The notes beneath the pieces are model-generated. The model made no database searches. It saw only the letters and a list, made by a program, of their open reading frames with translations, and was not told the DNA's origin. From contig JACOXI010000003.1 of NCBI GenBank assembly GCA_016176335.1, positions 386,477-450,476 on the forward strand: a stretch of DNA of 64,000 bases, in the 5' to 3' direction. Below, in pieces: positions 59,017 through 64,000 of the stretch (position 1 is the stretch's first letter; each line of letters starts with the position of its first letter). Source of the DNA: Candidatus Daviesbacteria bacterium. Lineage in GTDB: Bacteria; Patescibacteriota; Microgenomatia; Daviesbacterales; UBA10151. Made by a program: the position numbers and the translations under genes.

Positions 59017-59947
59017 CAAATCCAGGAAGAAGTTAACACTTGTTACAGGAGCGGGAGGACTCTTGGGATACGCCATTCGACAGCTCGCTCCCAAAGATAC
59101 TGATTATATCACCCGCAGTGATGGAGATTTAACTGATTTTGCAAAGACGAAAAAGATATTTCAGAAAATCAAGCCTAACCAGGTTATACATCTGGCCGCT
59201 GAAGTAGCAGGTATTGGAGGCAATATGATGCATTCAGGTAAATTTTTCAGAGATAATATTATGATTAACATAAATATCTTTGAGGCTGCACGGATAAACG
59301 GCGTTGATAAACTTATCTCATTTATGTCTACTTGTGTTTTTCCTGATAAATGTAAGTATCCTCTAAATGAAAAGGATATTCAAAGCGGCCCCCCGCATCC
59401 TTCAAACTTTGGATACGCTTACGCAAAAAGGATGCTGGAAGTACAAAGTGCTGCTTATCGCAAAGAATGGGGCTGTAATTTTATCGTAGCTATACCTACC
59501 AATATATATGGTGAAAATGACTTTTGGAATTTAGAAGATGGCCATGTGGTACCCTCATTAATTCATAAATGTTTTCTGGCCAAAAAGAATAAAGAAGATT
59601 TCATAGTGTGGGGAAGTGGCAGGCCGCTACGTGAATTTGTTTATTCGCAGGATGTCGCCAAACTAATCTTATGGGCGATAGATGAATATAATGAGGAATC
59701 TCCCATTATTTTTACCAATAGCAAGGAGAGTAGCATTAAAGACCTTGTTGATCTGGTTGTAAGGGAAGTAGGTTTTAAAGGTAAAGTAATTTTTGATAGC
59801 ACAAAACCTGAGGGGCAATTTAGAAAACCATCTGATAATAGCAAGCTAAAAAAGTATCTACCTAATTTCAAATTCACCCCGCTTGATAAAGGTATTAAAA
59901 ATACAGTTGAGTGGTTTATCAAAAACTATCCAAATGTTCGAATGTAG
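59009..59947 (+). CDS. fcl: GDP-L-fucose synthase family (GDP-4-keto-6-deoxymannose epimerase/reductase)
   Basis: VTGAGGLLG, DLTD, IHLAA.V.G, STCVFPD, GPPHPSNFGYAYAKR, PTN.YG, GHV.P.L, WGSG.P.REF. Confidence 0.88.
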   Translation: MSNKSRKKLTLVTGAGGLLGYAIRQLAPKDTDYITRSDGDLTDFAKTKKIFQKIKPNQVIHLAAEVAGIGGNMMHSGKFFRDNIMININIFEAARINGVDKLISFMSTCVFPDKCKYPLNEKDIQSGPPHPSNFGYAYAKRMLEVQSAAYRKEWGCNFIVAIPTNIYGENDFWNLEDGHVVPSLIHKCFLAKKNKEDFIVWGSGRPLREFVYSQDVAKLILWAIDEYNEESPIIFTNSKESSIKDLVDLVVREVGFKGKVIFDSTKPEGQFRKPSDNSKLKKYLPNFKFTPLDKGIKNTVEWFIKNYPNVRM

Positions 59948-59952
59948 CAGCA

Positions 59953-60888
59953 ATGAATAATAATAGAATACATCTTACTCCAAGAGATTTTGAGGTTGTT
60001 TTTCAGGATAATTTATCTGAATTCGTAAAGAAAAAAATTAAACACTTTAATTTCTTAGCCCAAATGGTATCTGTACAGGATAGAGATAAGATTTTGTTAA
60101 AAATCATAAAGACTCTTCTTGACCCACAGGTGGCCAAAGCCGGTAGGCATAGGCAGCTGCAATGGGAAAAAGGGTGGGCAGAAAATTTGAAAGCATTAAA
60201 GAGCCATAAAATCGAGTCAATAATTCCTCTTTATTTTGGCAAGTATAATGTTGTTAGGTGGAGACAGGAATTTTTAAGGCCAAGATCTTCAAACTTTGAG
60301 TACAATATGTTGGCAGTAATACAATATTGGTTATTCGATAAATATTTAAGATCTGCAGAGTGTATTTATGAGTTTGGTTGTGGCACTGGTCACAATCTGC
60401 TAAGAGTGAGGGAGATTAATCCAAAAGCACAAATTTGGGGACTTGATTGGACTCACTCCTCACAAGAAATTATCAAAATGATAAGTGCTGATAAAAATGA
60501 CTCCAGATTATTTGCCGATAACTTCGACTTTTCTAATCCCGACAAAAATTTCAGTCTAAACAAAAAGTCAGTAGTATACACTGTTGCTGCGCTAGAGCAA
60601 TTAGGAGATAATTTTCAGCCCTTCATTGATTTTTTATTGGAGAAGAAACCTGAGATTTGTTTACACATTGAACCAATTGCCGAATTACTTAACGAAGAAA
60701 ATCTAGTTGATTATTTATCGATACTTTATTTTAAAAAAAGAAATTATCTCAGCGGATTTCTATTAAAATTACGGGAATTGAAAGAAGCAGGGAAAATCAA
60801 GATTCACATGGCCAAACGTACTTTCATTGGTAGTTTATATATCGAAGGTTATTCTGTCGTTGTCTGGTCTCCTGTTTTTAAAACTTAA
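59953..60888 (+). CDS. Putative SAM-dependent methyltransferase
   Basis: YEFGCGTGHNL motif I, GLDW, ALEQ, EP. Start set at ATG 59953. Confidence 0.72.
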   Translation: MNNNRIHLTPRDFEVVFQDNLSEFVKKKIKHFNFLAQMVSVQDRDKILLKIIKTLLDPQVAKAGRHRQLQWEKGWAENLKALKSHKIESIIPLYFGKYNVVRWRQEFLRPRSSNFEYNMLAVIQYWLFDKYLRSAECIYEFGCGTGHNLLRVREINPKAQIWGLDWTHSSQEIIKMISADKNDSRLFADNFDFSNPDKNFSLNKKSVVYTVAALEQLGDNFQPFIDFLLEKKPEICLHIEPIAELLNEENLVDYLSILYFKKRNYLSGFLLKLRELKEAGKIKIHMAKRTFIGSLYIEGYSVVVWSPVFKT

Positions 60889-61040
60889 TTGAAAGATTAT
60901 GGAGGCTGTTTCATCAAAAAGTTACCTACAACCAATATTATGAAATTTTCCCTAAATTTAAGGTGTCTTGCCTAAACTTCTTTGAGAAGATCCACCTTTT
61001 CCAAAAAGAAATGAGGACACTACTAACTAATAGTTTTCAA

Positions 61041-61145
61041 CTAATTCCCACCCAAAAGTTGCAAATTGCAGTTAGTTAGGTATACCATTGCTAATACCTC
61101 TCTTCGGATTTCTTTTGAAAGTTCCTCGAGCTTTTTTAATTCCAT
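61041..61145 (-). pseudogene. Truncated transketolase N-subunit relic
   Basis: ATG 1 nt after the stop of the upstream SDR. Translates MELKKLEELSKEIRREVLAMVY, resembling LELKATELRKQILEMIV of 56977, then unrelated sequence and a stop at codon 35. Confidence 0.68.
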
Positions 61146-61146
61146 G

Positions 61147-62163
61147 TTATTGCTTTAAATTTCTAAACCATTCTGAAGTAATTACTAAACCTTCATTTAA
61201 GGAGACAAAGGTTTTTTTTTTAAATTCAGAAAGATAGCGATTATTATCTAAGGTTAATATTAGTGGTGTACCTCTTACCGCTCTTTCTTTAAATTTGTTA
61301 TTAAATTTTGCCTGGTTAATTTGGGCTATTAATTTTGCAAGGTTTTTAATCGTAGTAGTTTCCTTACCGCATGCATTATAGACAATTTCTCTTCCGTTAA
61401 GCATTATATTTAAAAGCACCTCAATCATATCAGTTATGAAGCAAAAAGTTCGCTCCGCCAGGCCTTCATCCATCATTATAATTTCCTTCGCTTCTTGAGC
61501 TTTCTTTATAAATTCTGAAATTACCCGTTTATCATCATATTTTACTCCTGGACCATAGGCAATAAGCGCCCGAGCTATTTTAATTTTAATTTTTTTACTA
61601 AAAAGATAGCAAATAGTTTCGGCAAGGCGTTTTGATTCAGAGTAAATTGCCCGGTCTGTTAATGTATTCACATTACCAAAGTATGTTTCCTTTGTTGGAA
61701 CATGAGTTTTATCTGCCTCTCCATATACTTCTGCTGAGCTTAAATAAAGAAAAATTGCCCGGTTTTTCTCAGATTGTTCAAGAAGATCAAACAAGACATC
61801 TATATTTAGACTAACAGTTTCTTTTGGGTATTCTAAAAATTTTTTAGGTTGGGCGTAGGTTGCGCAATGAATAAGATATTGAAACTTGAGATTTTTTAAC
61901 AGTTCATTTTTTGTAAGGTCTCGTTGTATATACCTGATTGTTGCCGATTGCGGCATCCATAATTCTCGCGAAGATCGATGAATTGCTATAATCTTGAGAT
62001 TCAGTTTTTCTCTTTCGTTTAAAAAATCCAAGTAAGCTACGAGGTTTGATCCTATAAGTCCACTTGCTCCGGTAATGAGAATGGTTTTGTCTTTTAATTG
62101 GGTGCAGTTAAGAACGGTAATTGTGGAGTAATATTCTTGAATGAATTCTTGTAAAGTCTTCAT
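61147..62163 (-). CDS. NAD-dependent epimerase/dehydratase, UDP-glucuronate decarboxylase-like
   Basis: ILITGASGLIG, LSSAEVYG, RAIYSESKR, YGPG, D.RV...F, R.FC.I.D. Start could be 62163 or 62184. Confidence 0.87.
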   Translation of the reverse strand: MKTLQEFIQEYYSTITVLNCTQLKDKTILITGASGLIGSNLVAYLDFLNEREKLNLKIIAIHRSSRELWMPQSATIRYIQRDLTKNELLKNLKFQYLIHCATYAQPKKFLEYPKETVSLNIDVLFDLLEQSEKNRAIFLYLSSAEVYGEADKTHVPTKETYFGNVNTLTDRAIYSESKRLAETICYLFSKKIKIKIARALIAYGPGVKYDDKRVISEFIKKAQEAKEIIMMDEGLAERTFCFITDMIEVLLNIMLNGREIVYNACGKETTTIKNLAKLIAQINQAKFNNKFKERAVRGTPLILTLDNNRYLSEFKKKTFVSLNEGLVITSEWFRNLKQ

Positions 62164-62242
62164 ACATTGGGTTATTCTACTCATTTTTTTATTGCGAAGC
62201 AACAAGCTTGTCTTATTTATTAGCAATTACTTATCCTTCATA

Positions 62243-62271
62243 TTGTGAGATTTCCTACAAAACTGTATACT
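62243..62271 (+). promoter_or_regulatory. Putative sigma70 promoter TTGTGA-N17-TATACT
   Basis: -35 at 62243-62248 and -10 at 62266-62271, in the divergent intergenic region. TAAGGA SD before ATG 62296. Confidence 0.5.
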
Positions 62272-62295
62272 ATGTTAGATTTAAAAATAAGGAAA

Positions 62296-63129
62296 ATGAG
62301 AGACAACTTACCTAAAATTTCTATAGTAATGCCTTGTCTTAATTCGGTCGACTTCATTGAAAGATCAATAAGATCAGTTATTGAACAAGAATATAAAAAT
62401 ATTGAACTCTTTATAAAAGACGGTGGTTCTAGTGATGGTACCTTAGAAATAATTAGACATTATGCTAAAAAGTACCCACGTTTACTAAGGTGGATTTCTG
62501 AAAAGGATAAAGGGCAGGCAGATGCAATTAATAAGGGTATGAAAAAAGTAAATGGAGATATTTTAACTCATTTAAACGCAGATGATGTTTATAAAGAGGG
62601 TGCATTAAGAAAAGTTTCCGAATATTTTATGAAAAATCCTAATGTAATGTGGGCATATGGTAAGGCTGATATTATAAATGCCAATGATAAGGAAATAAGA
62701 AGGTGGATTACTCTTTATAAGAATTTTTGGCTGAAAAATTATTCTTACAACACGCTTCTAGTGTTGAATTATATTTCTTCAATGGCTTGTTTTTGGAGAA
62801 AAGAGGCAGCCAAAGAGGTAGGAGAATCGGACATTAATCAGCCTTTTGTTATTGATTATCATTATTGGTTAAGACTAGGAAAAAAATATAAGGCAGGAGT
62901 TATAAATGAGTATCTTTCAAGTTTCAGAATAAGCTATTCAAATAAAAGCAGTATAGCTTTTGTTAAACAATTTCAAGATGAATTTAATGTTGCCAAGAGA
63001 TTTACCAATAATAATTTAATTCTTTTTTTACATCTTTTACATTATAACCTAATAATTTTTATATATTCCATTTTAAAAATTATTAAGAATTTTACTTCTA
63101 GAAATTCAAATATCCAGGGTAGTGCATAA
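62296..63129 (+). CDS. GT2 glycosyltransferase, paralog of 56180..56980
   Basis: ISIVMP, DGGS.DGT, D.GQ.DAINKG, NADD, DY..WLR. Confidence 0.88.
   Translation: MRDNLPKISIVMPCLNSVDFIERSIRSVIEQEYKNIELFIKDGGSSDGTLEIIRHYAKKYPRLLRWISEKDKGQADAINKGMKKVNGDILTHLNADDVYKEGALRKVSEYFMKNPNVMWAYGKADIINANDKEIRRWITLYKNFWLKNYSYNTLLVLNYISSMACFWRKEAAKEVGESDINQPFVIDYHYWLRLGKKYKAGVINEYLSSFRISYSNKSSIAFVKQFQDEFNVAKRFTNNNLILFLHLLHYNLIIFIYSILKIIKNFTSRNSNIQGSA

Positions 63130-64000
<871 letters not shown>

Noticed and set aside
60899-60943. 14-codon ORF MEAVSSKSYLQPIL after the methyltransferase
   Set aside because: Too short to assign and has no recognisable similarity.

Overview
This is an AT-rich, gene-dense bacterial window read in the standard code (TGA acts as a stop). 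It is almost entirely one cell-surface glycosylation mega-locus that runs off both ends. By my count it holds about 16 multi-pass GT-C-type membrane glycosyltransferases (ArnT/PMT-like, PTPS-related/YfhO-like, GT87-like, AftD-like, PIG-V-like), 13 GT2, 6 GT4, 2 Wzx-type flippases and 7 SAM-methyltransferase domains. It also has nucleotide-sugar enzymes: a UDP-sugar dehydrogenase, three SDR epimerase/dehydratases, two GDP-L-fucose-synthase-family enzymes and a split transketolase. The gene content and style resemble Patescibacteria/CPR (Microgenomates-like) genomes; this is inference, with no marker gene in the window. I saw no rRNA, tRNA, CRISPR or transposase. Features the ORF track does not show: (1) two gene relics indicating reciprocal loss between two merged transketolase+epimerase sugar cassettes; (2) a GDP-fucose synthase resembling the eukaryotic FX/TSTA3 type near a bacterial-type one; (3) a secreted hydrolase/deacetylase-like domain fused to a GT-C; (4) -10 boxes 6-8 nt upstream of start codons, including a palindromic bidirectional one; (5) heptamer repeat arrays inside a GT4 gene. 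Family calls come from motif recognition only; no searches were run.
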